This document shows, in pieces, positions 12,778-24,770 of a stretch of 64,000 nucleotides of DNA (position 1 is the stretch's first letter; the number at the start of each line of letters is the position of its first letter). The notes beneath the pieces are model-generated. The model was not told the DNA's origin. It saw only the letters and a list, made by a program, of their open reading frames with translations, and did not search any database. The position numbers and the translations under genes were made by a program. This DNA is from Eledone cirrhosa (Eukaryota): positions 294,190,001-294,254,000 of the forward strand of contig OZ024740.1 of assembly GCA_964016885.1 (NCBI GenBank), in the 5' to 3' direction.

Positions 12778-13307
12778 GTATACACATATACTGCTAATGT
12801 TGTACCATATGTACAAACATATATGTGTATGTATATATATGTATGTGTTTATATATATATGTATATTTGTACATATAAGTGAAAGAGGGAGATGATGTCA
12901 CATCAGTGAAAGGGACCAAGGATCAATGGATGGCTTCTTTAATATGGCAATGGTTGAGCTGATAAGCTGCATCGTGTATGGGTCTTGCAAAATATTTTAT
13001 CTCTGGCCAGAATTGGGTAAATGTCATTCTTGGGTGTGTAGTTAGATATAGAAAGATGACTCCCTAAGGCAGCACTTTCACATTGTTTTTACTGATCCCC
13101 AACAAAGAACTACATTTTGTATTGTGACCCAGTATGCCTAGATTGTTGTTCTCACTTGTTTATTTTTGGAGATTTTTTCTAAATGTCATATTTTATATAT
13201 TTTGTGACCCATTAATAGTTTAGGCTGTGAGGTTTGGAAAACACTAATCTAAGGCAAGCAATTTACTTTTCTACCATAATAATATTTATGTTATTAAACA
13301 TATTATG

Positions 13308-13425
13308 ATCTGAGTTTAAATCCCATTGAGGTTAGCTTTGCCTTTCAGCCTTACTGGATTGATAAAATAAAGTACCAGTAACACACTAAGGTTGATTTAA
13401 TCGACTTTCCCCTCCCCCAAATTGT
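13308..13425 (+). mobile_element. Partial SINE family A (long variant)
   Basis: GAGTTTAAATCCC..CTTTGCCTTTCA..GATAAAATAAAGTACCAG..GACTTTCCCCTCCCCCAAATTG. Confidence 0.7.
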
Positions 13426-13432
13426 AACTAAT

Positions 13433-13498
<66 letters not shown>

Positions 13499-13699
13499 AT
13501 TAGTTACAATAGTGACATGTTCTGGTACTTAAGTTTTGTTTTGGTTGTTTATCCCAACTCATTCAGCTTGTCATAAAAAGAAAAATGGCTTCCTACCATT
13601 ACCAACTCCAGAAACTTATTGTGATTAGCAGATTCCTACACAAGTGTACGATTGGCAACCCACTTTAATCTGTTGGGCGCTCTATATATCTGAGTACCC

Positions 13700-15800
13700 T
13701 CTACAATGTGAAAATGTAACTTTGAGAGATCGACTACTCCCTGAAAAATATACTGACTACATCTAACTTATTCCAAGCTCTTCCTTCAAAAAGTTGAATT
13801 GTGGTCAAGCGATTAAGATGGTGGACACTTATAATATTTTCAACCTGAAGTCTAGAAATTACCCACCTAAGGTAAATGACCTCACTTCTTTTGAAGCTGA
13901 TCTTCTTAATCTAATCGCTAACATATCTTTCTGCAAACATTCCAACTCCTTTCAGAATAAATTACGTAGAGACATAAAAAACTTCAGATCCTCTGATAAA
14001 ACCTTTGTCCTATCTGATAAAGCAAACAATCTTTATGAATTTGATCATTCTACCTGCAACCAGCTTCTGAACCATGCAGTCTAAATATAAAAAAGCTGAC
14101 GCTGTTATTTACCACAGCAACAATAATTAAGCAAAGTATATAGCCAACACCCTCAAAGTAGACAACAGGTTAGAATGCTTGGCTAGGAGAGAGGCTTATA
14201 TTATACTTAAGGATTATAAGAATGACTTCATTAATAATAATAATAATGAAATTATTGTGTAAAGTGCTCAGGTGCACTACAACTCGTCAAAGGTGCATGT
14301 ATAGTACATAGAATTATACACAAATGTCATGGAAGTGAATAGTGTATGAGTCATGATATACATGTGTGTATGTGTATGGAGGGGGAACATTAGGTGTAGT
14401 GTTGGCGAATCTCGGGAAGCATGGAGGCCTTAAAGGATGCAGTGTCTCGACAGCTAACAACCGATGCAGGTAGTTTGTTCCATGCTTCAGCAACTCTGAG
14501 CGTGAAAAAATGTTTCCGAAAGTCATGGGAACTGTACTGTTTTCTGACTTTGTGGGCATGCCCACGTGTGTTAGACACATGGAAATCAAAAAGGTACTCA
14601 GGGTTGTTGTTGGCAAGATGGTTAACAATTTTGTGGGTGTTTACCAAGTCAGTTGCCAGGCATCGGAGCTTCAATGTATCCATGCCCAGGGAAGCAAAGC
14701 GCTCAGAGTATGGTAGATGCCTGATGGAGGGTATTCGCTTGGTTGCACGTCTCTGAACAGTTTCCAGGTGGTCAATGTTCTGAGCAAGATAGGGGTTCCA
14801 GACTGGTGATGCAAATTCTAAGTGTGGCCGCACCATAGCCATGTACAGCCTTAAATAGATAGCTGGAGAGCGGCTGACAAAGGTCTTGCTGAGTGATGCT
14901 AAGACACCCTCAGCCCTCTTGACAATTTTAGAGACGTGCTTCGTCCAACGCAAATCGCTGCTCACTGTAATGCCCAGGTCACGTTCACAAGAAGACTTCT
15001 TGATATTAGTGTTGTGGAGGGAGTATGTGGACGCTGGGTTTTTACTCCCAAAATGCATGGTGCTGCACTTGTCCACAGCTAGCTTGTAGACTCATAAGCC
15101 CTGCCAAAATGGAATTAGGACTTGTAAGTATGATCATACTTAAAAACATTAATATTAGACAACAGTCCAACCTTAGTCAGTGGGGAAATAGTTGTCATAG
15201 ATTGGTTTAACGTCCTCTAGGTTTACGCAATTTGATATAGTTGACTTTTACTTCGATATCCAGGACCTTACTTGATAAAGCTTTGGATTTCACTAGCAAT
15301 TTCACCAATATATATGAGTTAGACAGGTTAATAATATCCCACTGCAAAAAAACCCTCCTTTTTAATAATAAGAACCCCTGGATAAAGGAATCCACTAACA
15401 ATGACCTATTCAATGTGCTGATCGGATCATTTGACAGTGCTGATATATGCAATTTGGTCGGCCTTTTTATCTTAGACACACTGTGTAAGAAATTCCCTGA
15501 CTTCCATACGAGCCTATATCGTGATGATGGTCTGGCACTATCGAGCCATAAACAGGGTCATGACCTCAACACTTTTAGAAATAATCTGATTACTACCTTC
15601 AACAACTTAAGACTAAAATTTACCATCTCTACCAACCTTACCAGTGTTAACTCCTAGACTTTAACTTAGACTTACATACACATACATACAAACCATTTCA
15701 CTAACCCAGTGAAAAACTTAGATATATTCATAAGGATTATAGTCACACTTCATTAATCATATCAGCAAGAGGGTATTCAGCCTCTCTTCTAGCAAGTGAT
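13700..15800 (+). pseudogene. Penelope-like element reverse transcriptase, decayed and interrupted by a CR1 insertion
   Basis: FEADLLNLIANISF..FQNKLRRDIK..DKANNLYE; ..ECLARREAYIILKDYKNDF | CRLISPAKMELGLVS; IISHCKKTLLFNNKNPWIK..GSFDSADICNLVGLFIL..LYRDDGLA. These are typical PLE RT motifs, with many stops and frameshifts. Confidence 0.8.
14234..15079 (-). mobile_element. CR1-group LINE 3' fragment with (ATT)n tail
   Basis: ORF 14390-15076 has ERDLGITVSSDLRW..VRPHLEFASPVWNPY..LETVQRRATK..FFTLRVAEAWNKLP. Short 3' UTR and ATT tail at ~14234-14247. Confidence 0.9.
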
Positions 15801-15914
15801 TATTTTACTAGGATCTACCAGTGATTTTGTATAAGGTTATAAGATTTATTTTAGCGATGTTTTTCATTGAGATGTTATGTATACTGATGACAAATTTACT
15901 TATGTATGATACAT

Positions 15915-15956
<42 letters not shown>

Positions 15957-16861
15957 CAAAGAAGGTGTGGTAAGATACCTGGTGGACCATAATGCCCCAG
16001 AGTACTCGATACTTAGGGTAGTAGAGTGGGTAATAGGGAAAAGAGTGAGTTTGGATCTAGCTGTTGAAACAGCTGGAGCTCAGCCATTGGGGTCCTGACT
16101 CTTATATATATATATATTATAAGGTATCTATTTTTGAAGTTCTGGTCAACTTTATGTAGTTACCTACCTAGCTATGTGTGGTTACACACTTGTAAAAATT
16201 ATCTCCTGTGATTATTCATGTTTATTTATATGTTAATCAATTTCTAGTTATTATATATATATATATATATATATGAAACCAGCAGTTGCCTATGATTGCA
16301 AGTCTCACCTCTCCATACCACAGATGTTGTACATAGGAGAGACAAGGGCCAATCAAGTTTAGTGAATTCACCTGATTCATGAGATATAAATTAGTTTACT
16401 GGTTTGTTTCATCAGGAGTTTCTTGATGCAATTCTAATGTTGACAATAGAAAGCCATCGTTAGCAAGCTGTGTGGAACTAATTATTTTAAAATACAGATA
16501 AAAGACATGAAGATAAACAGCAGAGAGATCTGAACAGAGAGAAGAGAATGATAATAGGCGGGGAGTGAAAAAACTAGAATGACTCTTAGACACGTACTGT
16601 AAAAAGATAATGTGATAAAAGCTTAAACTAGTAATCTTATGAATAAATGAGAAAAGCCATGCTGTTACTTGGAAATACTAACTTAATTAAAATCTTGACC
16701 TATTATCAGTGAACGTTTTGACCTTTATTTAATTTTAATTTTATTATTTAGTTGAAGAACAGGTTTTTACATATTTATGAAAACTGATAAGTCCACTCAG
16801 TTTAAATGTACTACACAGCGCATAATTTTGAAAGTGTCTTACCCTTTTTTTTTTGTTTTCT

Positions 16862-16902
<41 letters not shown>

Positions 16903-16907
<5 letters not shown>

Positions 16908-17787
16908 CCGCTAAAGGGTTCTCCATTAGCCGCTAAAGGGTTCTCCCTAAAAATGAAAGGCAGGTTGTATGATGCCTGCATACAAACAGCAATGTTGCAT
17001 GGCAGTGAGACCTGGGCATTGTGTGCAGAGGATATACGCAGACTAGAAAGGAACGAAGATTGCATGCTTCGCTGGATGTGTAATAGTAATATACGTGAAC
17101 GGCAAAGCATAAACGAACTAAGGAAAAAATTAGAAATAAGAGGGATCAGATGTTGTTTACTCGAGAGAAGGCTACGTTGGTATGGTCACGTGATGCGCAT
17201 GAAAGACGACAGCTGTATAACAAAGTGCAGGGCAATAAAGATAGACGGTAGCCACGGAGTAGACAGACCCAGAAAAACCTGGGACGAGCTGATAAATTCC
17301 GACCTCACACACTTACACCTCTCCAAGACAATGTCACTGGACCGAGACCTTTGGCGGTACTCAGTAATAGAGAAGACCCGCCTTACCTAAATACAAAGTA
17401 AAACCTACTATAGTCAGTAGGCATCTCTAACAAATACACCCCCGTCCCACCTCCCCCACCCCATCCACACCGCCCCTTTCAATGTAAAGTTATGTTGGTG
17501 CCACAACATCTAGGCCGAAACAAATGAGATCGTGTAGGTGTCACGACAAAAAAACACACAGTCCACGCTGTAATGTGGCCGTGTAGGCAACACGGTAAAA
17601 ACCTCCCAGCCCCACACTGTAAATGTGGTTGGTGTTAGGAAGGGCATCCAGCTGTAGAAAACCCGCCAGACAGTCCTATGCGAGCAATGACAACCACTCT
17701 TGCCTCAAGTGGGAAAACTCCTGTCTAAACCCATGCAAGCGTGGAACATGGACGTTAAACGATGATGATGATGATGATGATGATGAT
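16903..17787 (+). mobile_element. RTE-clade LINE 3' fragment with (GAT)n tail, inside a TA microsatellite
   Basis: ORF 16953-17390 has LHGSETW..RLRWYGHVMRM..RPRKTW. Near-identical to 36463-37319. Confidence 0.9.
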
Positions 17788-18029
17788 ATATATATATATA
17801 TATGCTTTATATGCCAAAATGTAAATCAGATATAAAATGACAATGATGTTGAATATATATATATATATATTATATATGTATATATATTCAAAATGGAAAA
17901 AATAACCTCAGCCCATCTTTGAAAGTCACTATGGTTTCAGTATATTAAGGTTGTAACAATTCATTCCGATGCTCATTGGGACATAACAAAACAGGTAGAG
18001 ACAAGTTACGCCTTTAGGAAAATTACGCA

Positions 18030-18460
18030 AATATAGAGTTCCCAAGGGCTTAGCCAAAAGAAAAAAATATAGAAAAGAGAGAAATAGTAAAACAGAAGAG
18101 AATAATAAGGATTGTAGTCTAATGTGAAAACAAAGAAGACACTGAGGCATAGAAGAGTTAAGAAAAAAAAAACCCAGAAAACAGGCTGGGCAGTGTCATG
18201 TCTATATATATGTATATATAGTAGTAAAAGGACAAATTGTTATGCCTTCATTACGTTTATTGAGTAGTGACGTGCATTTTGCTATTGATCATCTGAAGGT
18301 TCAATCTGGTCTGACTCTGGAATCAAAAGCTCGTTGGACCTCTGCTATGGTAATGAGAGAATGAACATATAAAGCATAGAGAGATGTCTGTAGCGGTTCG
18401 CAGTCACATGGTGGTCATTTCTTGTTGTTTTGATTGGTGGTTCTGCTATGTGTGATAGGT
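18030..18460 (-). mobile_element. Non-coding interspersed repeat, probably Penelope-related; second copy at ~49050-49445 (+)
   Basis: 18245-18345 is the reverse complement of 49335-49443 (AGCAGAGGTCC..GCTTTTGATTCCAGAGTCAG..GATCAATAGC..CAATAAACGTAATGA). Neighbouring segments also match. Confidence 0.55.
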
Positions 18461-19396
18461 GGGGGGGGGGGGTTAATATAATGATGAGGTGGTGGTGGGG
18501 AATGATGGTTGATGTGAGTTGCAGGAGGGGGGTAGTGTTTTGGCTTATCATAGACATTGTGGTGTGTGTGTGGTAAGGGGAAGGTGGTCGGTGTGGGTGT
18601 GGGAGTGGTGGAGATGAAAGGGTTCGGTACTGTACTAAGGGGGAGGGGGAGGGTGTTTCGCTGGTCAGCAGTTTGCCAGGAAAGAGGAGAAACATAAGGG
18701 AAGTAGGTTAGGAGTGGGGCATTCTAGTAACTTATCTATATTTATCTCCATAAGGGGTATTATCACTATGAGGAATAAATGTACTATAATGAATTAAAAA
18801 TTGTGGTTAGTGTTTGAAAAGACTAAAATAGATAAATTAAAGAAAAATTAACTGTGTGGGTAGGGCAAAGCACCGGTGCAGTGTGCAGTGTGTGAAGAGG
18901 CTATCAGTCACTGCCCATATCTCTCTACTACGCAGCATTGCTTATTGCACACAGGCATCATAAAGCTGGTTAACTGTTTGTAGGGAGAACAGTTTTTGTC
19001 GTCAGCAAAGAAAGTAGCTTCCCAAACTTCTTCTATCCTGTCCTTATTCTAGTTAATATGCTCTTCAGCACCCTTCTCCACTGCTAATTTTATACTACAT
19101 TCATTTTTCCAGTCTTTCCATGCTGTCTCTTGACTTTAAGGGCTCTATCCATTGTGATGTTCCACCACTAGGTCACCCTCTCTCTGGCTGGTGCTTTGCT
19201 CCAGCTACAAATCTCAATAGTTTTCAGTAGGTTGTCACATAAGACTTCCAGTTGTCATAGGTACCTAACTTGTCTCCCTTTTCATCATATGCATCACATA
19301 GAACTTTCTTGATCATATATTTAACAGAAACATCCTTTAGCTGCCATAATTTCCTCCTTCAGATTTTTCTTGTACTTATTCTAGTGTTATTACTAA

Positions 19397-19557
19397 CTAG
19401 ACCACACGTGACCCATTGGGTCACGTTCCCTACAAAAAAATTTTTTTTAAAATCATGTTCACTTAAAAATAATTTTTAAATAATTAAAATATACACAGAA
19501 ATGTAGATAATGTGAAATGATATATATATATATATGATATATATATATATATATAAA

Positions 19558-19611
<54 letters not shown>

Positions 19612-20050
19612 ATACAGATATATATATATGTGTGTATATATATATATGTGGGTGTCTGTGATCTATATGCACTGGTCACAGACACACACACACACATATA
19701 TACATACACACTCACATATATATATATATACACAACAACACCACCAGCTCTCTTCCATTCTCCTTCTCTGTCTCCTCTCCCTCTCTCTGTATGTCTCTCT
19801 TTCAATCTACTCTCTCACAACCACTATCTCTTTCTCTCAATTATTCTCTCTCTCTGTTTATGAATGTACCCAGAAAACCCCATATCTCGGGAACCCGTGG
19901 TCCGATTTAAGCGAAACTTGTTTTATTCCATTTCTATTCCCATTTCAGGAGCAACTTCCTTTCAAAGTATTTTCCTATTATGTGCCCTTTTGGCTGTATT
20001 ACATTACAGACAAGCAAGCAAGCAATCACAGACTTTTAGAATCATATAGA
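19397..20050 (-). mobile_element. Non-autonomous Helitron
   Basis: Minus strand begins A|TCTATATG..(TTGC)n and ends with hairpin CGTGACCCA-a-TGGGTCACG followed by CTAG|T. Confidence 0.7.
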
Positions 20051-20239
20051 TAGATTAACTTTTGTTGGTAGGTGCATTCTTCTTCAAGGAAGGTCTTAAC
20101 ATCTATAACCATCTGCTTATCTCATTTTCTAACAAGTAAGAAGTTAAGGCTTGTGTGTTTATTTGATTTGCAGGTAATCAGATGGCTCTCCAGTTTCCTG
20201 GAGTTAGTTCATTTGCAACACAGAATTCTAGAAGCCTCA

Positions 20240-20730
20240 CCTCCTCTTCATTTCTCAAGCTACAAACATAAACCCTGTGTACTCTGGTGTAGCCATCCTG
20301 GTACTGTCAAACATGTCAAACATGTTCATTGAAGTCACCAGCTAGGATGATGAGGTCTCTGCCAGCTGTAGCTGAGGTTGTCTCTAAACGTTGCTCATAG
20401 AATCAGTCCTTTTGTTCTTTACTAAGTCCTGTTTGTGATGCCTAGGCAAAGATAATTGTCACCGTTCTATTGTCTGTGACTATTCTGAGCTTGATAATTC
20501 TGTCACTTATTCTAACTACCCTATTACCTTATCTATCCACTTAGCTAATAGAATGACTACACCACCTACCCCATCATCATTTTATACACAGAAAAGCTTG
20601 TATCTATGTTGTTTGCCTGTGAGTAGTCTTGAACACAGCATCCCTCTTCTACTCTCTACTCTCAAGCTAACTCCACAATTTCTCCAGATCCACCTTTCAG
20701 AGTATCCACATTGAGAGTGGCAGCTCTGAG
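20240..20730 (-). pseudogene. Decayed RTE LINE APE endonuclease fragment
   Basis: Minus-strand remnants LLTGKQHRYKLF..DGVGG..WIDKVIGVVRISDRIIKLRIV..QTGLSKEQKD..LAGDFNEHV. Confidence 0.65.
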
Positions 20731-21099
20731 ATGTGTTATCTTACAGTAGTGATTAGGTCCTTTATGAGTAGTTCTTGGTACATATATATATATATATATA
20801 AAAATTAAGATATAGCCAGAGAGAGGGTCAAAGGTGGAATAGTTTGATGATAATAGAAGTTAGTTCTAGAGTGCATTGTTTGAAGGTAATAGAAGGACTA
20901 GTGGATTTGTTGGTTTTAAGTGACTAAAATTACTTGCACAATTAGTGCCTATGTGTATATGGTGGTGAGACTGTTTAGAATGTAAGAGGATAGTTTTGGA
21001 GAAGTCTACATTGTATGTGCATTATAGAGCTGGATACAATGTGACCAGCAACTATGAAGGCTTTCTTCACAGGGACATTGTTCATAAACCATTATGATT

Positions 21100-21284
21100 C
21101 GGTGGATTGGCAGTATCGGTAGAGGGTCAGACGCCATGCTTTCCAGCATAGTTACGTCCCTTTACGATCTGAGTTCAAATCCCGCTGAGGTTGACTTTGC
21201 CTTTCATCCTTACGGGGTCGATAAAATAAAGGACCAGTAATGCACTGGGTAATTGTTGGCCTTGTGCCTAAAGTAGAGACAATT
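21100..21284 (+). mobile_element. SINE family A with 9 bp TSD
   Basis: TSD ATTATGATT at 21091-21099 and 21282-21290. Confidence 0.9.
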
Positions 21285-21981
21285 ATGATTGAGATGTAAA
21301 GAAAGGAGGATTCCAGAAAGCTGGTAGATCCTTTTGGCAAGGAATCAAAATAATAAGTTGCAGTTTGAGAGGCAGGAGTGCTTAAGATCTCTACTTGCAA
21401 GAAGGAACCCTTCACAGTTTAGATTATGGTCTCAAAGGAGTTGTGGAGCTGGGTAAGATCACCCTAGTTTGTAAAAAAGGATGTTCTTCACCAAGTATTG
21501 TAGGCCATTGCTTTTACCTGAACTGTTGCAGCATACCTATGTATGAATCACTAGCAGGACAAGGCTGTCAGTTTTTGTTGTAAGGAGGACAGTGGGGAAC
21601 ATGCTATAGAGGATAGTTTCTATCACTCACCTTTTTGATGGGCCAGCGGTGAAGACATGCTGGCAAAGCTCCAAATTGTCAGCTGAGTTGAGGTGCTATG
21701 CTGTCTGGGAAGTGAGAATACATCATAACGTATGGAGATGTGTGGTGTGTAGCTGTAATAAAATAGTGGATGGTCGACCTGATACATGTAAAGACAGTGA
21801 TGATTCAATTGAGGCTGTTTTATGAAGTGAGAAAACAATCAAAGGTATTTTGAGTGTCAGTGTATTAGTCATAGATGCATGTAGGGGATAAAACTAATTG
21901 ATGCAGAGAGTTAAAGATGGCGGTTTGGTGCAAGGATATATAAAGACAGCGTAAACAGAAACTAAATAAAAATAATCACCC

Positions 21982-22207
21982 TTAACCCTATAGCATTTAA
22001 ACCGGCTGTATCTAGTCAGAACTCTCTCACCTCTTTCTGTTCAAACCGGCTGTAACTGGCTGTTCATACCTACATTAAAGTATTGTTCTCAAAATAAATA
22101 ATATCAAAATCTCAATTCGATATTATGTGAGATAATCATATAAGATAAAGCCTTTACTGTGAAAATATAATAGTAAATATAGAGTAATGTAAATGCTAAA
22201 GGGTTAA
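21982..22207. mobile_element. piggyBac-type MITE (family B)
   Basis: TTAA|CCCTATAGCATTT ... AAATGCTAAAGGG|TTAA. Confidence 0.85.
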
Positions 22208-22256
22208 GAAAGGCAAAACAAAATATTGTAGTTCTCTATATATAACAATGACTTAG

Positions 22257-22485
22257 TTAACCCTTTAGCATTTAAACCAGCCATATCCAGCCAGAATTCT
22301 CTCACCTCTTTCTGTTCAAAGTGGCTGTAACTGGCCACTCATACTGATGTTAAGGTTTTGTTCTCAAAATAAATAATATCAAAATCTCATAGGTTCAATA
22401 TTATGTGAGATAATTATATGAGGTAAAGCATTTACCACGTAAATATAATAGTCAATATAGAGTAATTCAAATGCTAAAGGGTTAA
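22257..22485. mobile_element. piggyBac-type MITE (family B), second adjacent copy
   Basis: TTAA|CCCTTTAGCATTT ... AAATGCTAAAGGG|TTAA; internal sequence matches the previous copy. Confidence 0.85.
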
Positions 22486-23372
22486 AGGGTTAAAAATAGG
22501 TCTGTAGTGATGGAAGGGAGACAAAAAGATCTAGATGGAACTCTATACTTGAAGGTGGGAATAAATATATCCACAGATATTCTCTACCACAAAGGAAATA
22601 TAGTGTTGGAAGGTGCAAAATCATGTTGACCACCAAAGCTGATTGAAGAATTGTTTGACAGTATAAAGTGAATATTATTATTATTTAGAAAGAAATTTAA
22701 ATACGAAATAATTCAAACAGAAAATATAATATTTTTTTATTTCTTTAACTGTTTAACTTTTTAACTTTTTTATAACTTTAAGATATATTTTTTTATTGTT
22801 TAAAATATATATCTTTTTTTTTATAACAAACAAGTTTTTTTCTCACTTTACATTAAGACCTTTGTTATTTAACTCTGGAGAAATTATTAACATAATAAAG
22901 ACTGAAATGTCATTCAAAATGTTCATGATTTGTCTTTGTTCACTTTTCTCATTAACATATTGATGCAACATGTATTAGTTATAGAAATGTAGCAAACAGA
23001 ATGTTTTCCAAATTCATTTCCACACGCACACACACACACACACATGTATATATCATCACCATCGTCATCATAGTTTTAACTTCTGCTTTCTCTGCTAGCA
23101 AGGTTGGCCATGTCTATATAGACCAAGTCAGTACTGAAGCAGAGCCACTGATCTCCAAGGCATATAAGTAAATGGAAACAACATATATATATATATAAAT
23201 ACATAATCGGAGAAAGCTAAAAGCGATACTCCGGCCAAATTCCAACTCACTCAACAAACATTACGAAATACCTGAGTATATTCCCAATTAAACGTTTGGG
23301 GTGCTAACTATATTGTATTGTGTGGATAATTGGCTGTATTATTTCATATGAGATATATCAAATATATCATTT

Positions 23373-23495
23373 CCCAGACGACTCGTTTCATTATAAGATT
23401 TCTACAAGTTGGGGGAAATTATACCAAGTTATGTAGAAGTTTGTATAAGATCAACAGATACTTATTCAAGTAGGCTCTTATAAATCTTCAGTGGG
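23373..23495 (-). ncRNA. Type I hammerhead ribozyme motif with long stem II insert
   Basis: Minus strand: CCCA-CTGAAGA-tTTATAAGA..(~77 nt)..TCTTATAAt-GAAA-CG-AGT-CG-TC|TGGG. Stem I CCCA/TGGG, GTC cleavage triplet. Confidence 0.7.
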
Positions 23496-24217
23496 TACCC
23501 AATAATATTAATATTGATAACCAAATCAACATCAATATCTAGCGATAATCACCATCAGTGCTTGAGAGGACTGCTAGGTTGTTAGTCCAGCAGTTCTTAA
23601 AAGAATCTCACACTGTCCCAAAAATGGGAGGAAGGAGGCTACCGCCAAAAACAATACATGCGCAGGTCGTTGAACTCTGACAAGAATTCAAGCCACGTGC
23701 TAAGAACTCAATTGGATATGAAAAAATATTCATATGTGCGCACCGCTAAAAGACACATATAGATATTTTATCGGGCAAAATAACAGAATGAGATACAAGA
23801 ACTAACAATCAATATTCATATAAAAAATAAACAAAAAGAGTCATACCTTATGTCGGGAAAGTTCATATCTGTTGCTCCAAGAGTAAATATATAAATACAT
23901 AATCGAACTCACTCAACAAACATTATGTATATATATATACCCAAACAAACAATACTGACCTAAGAGAAATATAAATAAATAAATACATACACAAGCACAA
24001 TGACAACAAACACATATAAACACACACTAGTAAACTAAGCTAGAATACAACAACCAAAACACAGTCACCCAAACGCGAACACACCCCAAACACTATACAC
24101 ACACGCAAACGCATGCGCAGAGAAGAAGACAAAAACAAACAAATAAATAAATAAACAAATTAAATAAAGATGGCGTAGATATACAATACAACAGGAGGAA
24201 CATAATAGCCCCACTGA

Positions 24218-24438
24218 CGATGTTGCAGATGTGCAACAAAAGAACTTTGTTAGACTATATATGTATGTGTGTCTATATTATATCTGTATTTTTTACCGTT
24301 GGTCAGTCAATGGTAAACATTGAGGACCGAATGAATTAACTGATATAAAATATACAGAAGCGAAAACCAACCAAAGTGAGTGTGTTCTGTTATTAATTCT
24401 GGCAATATTATTACAACAATATGACCCTCCCCAAGTAT

Positions 24439-24496
<58 letters not shown>

Positions 24497-24730
24497 ATAT
24501 CTATTGTTATATATATTGTTATATTTGGGGAGGGTCATATTGTTATAATATTGCCAGAAATAATAATAAAACGCATTCACTGTTTGGATTGGTTTTCACT
24601 TCTGTATCTTTTATATCTCCATAGTTAATTTATATGGTAATTAAATGTTTATCATTGATTGACCAACAGTTAAAAATACATATATATATATAGTCTATCA
24701 AAGTTCTTTCATCACACATCCATGACATCA
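24218..24730. repeat. Long imperfect foldback (~230 bp arms) centred on a (TA)n tract
   Basis: For example TGGCAATATT..ACAATATGACCCTCCCCAA.TATAACAATATAT versus ATATATTGTTATATTTGGGGAGGGTCATATTGTT..AATATTGCCA. Outer match AAAGAACTTTG.TAGACTATA / TATAGTCTA.CAAAGTTCTTT. Confidence 0.85.
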
Positions 24731-24770
24731 TATATATATAGGTGTGTGTGTGTAAATATATATATATATA

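Noticed and set aside
16365-16420. Hammerhead on the minus strand (CTGATGA..GAATCAGGTG)
   Set aside because: No convincing stem I or II and GAAA is not intact.
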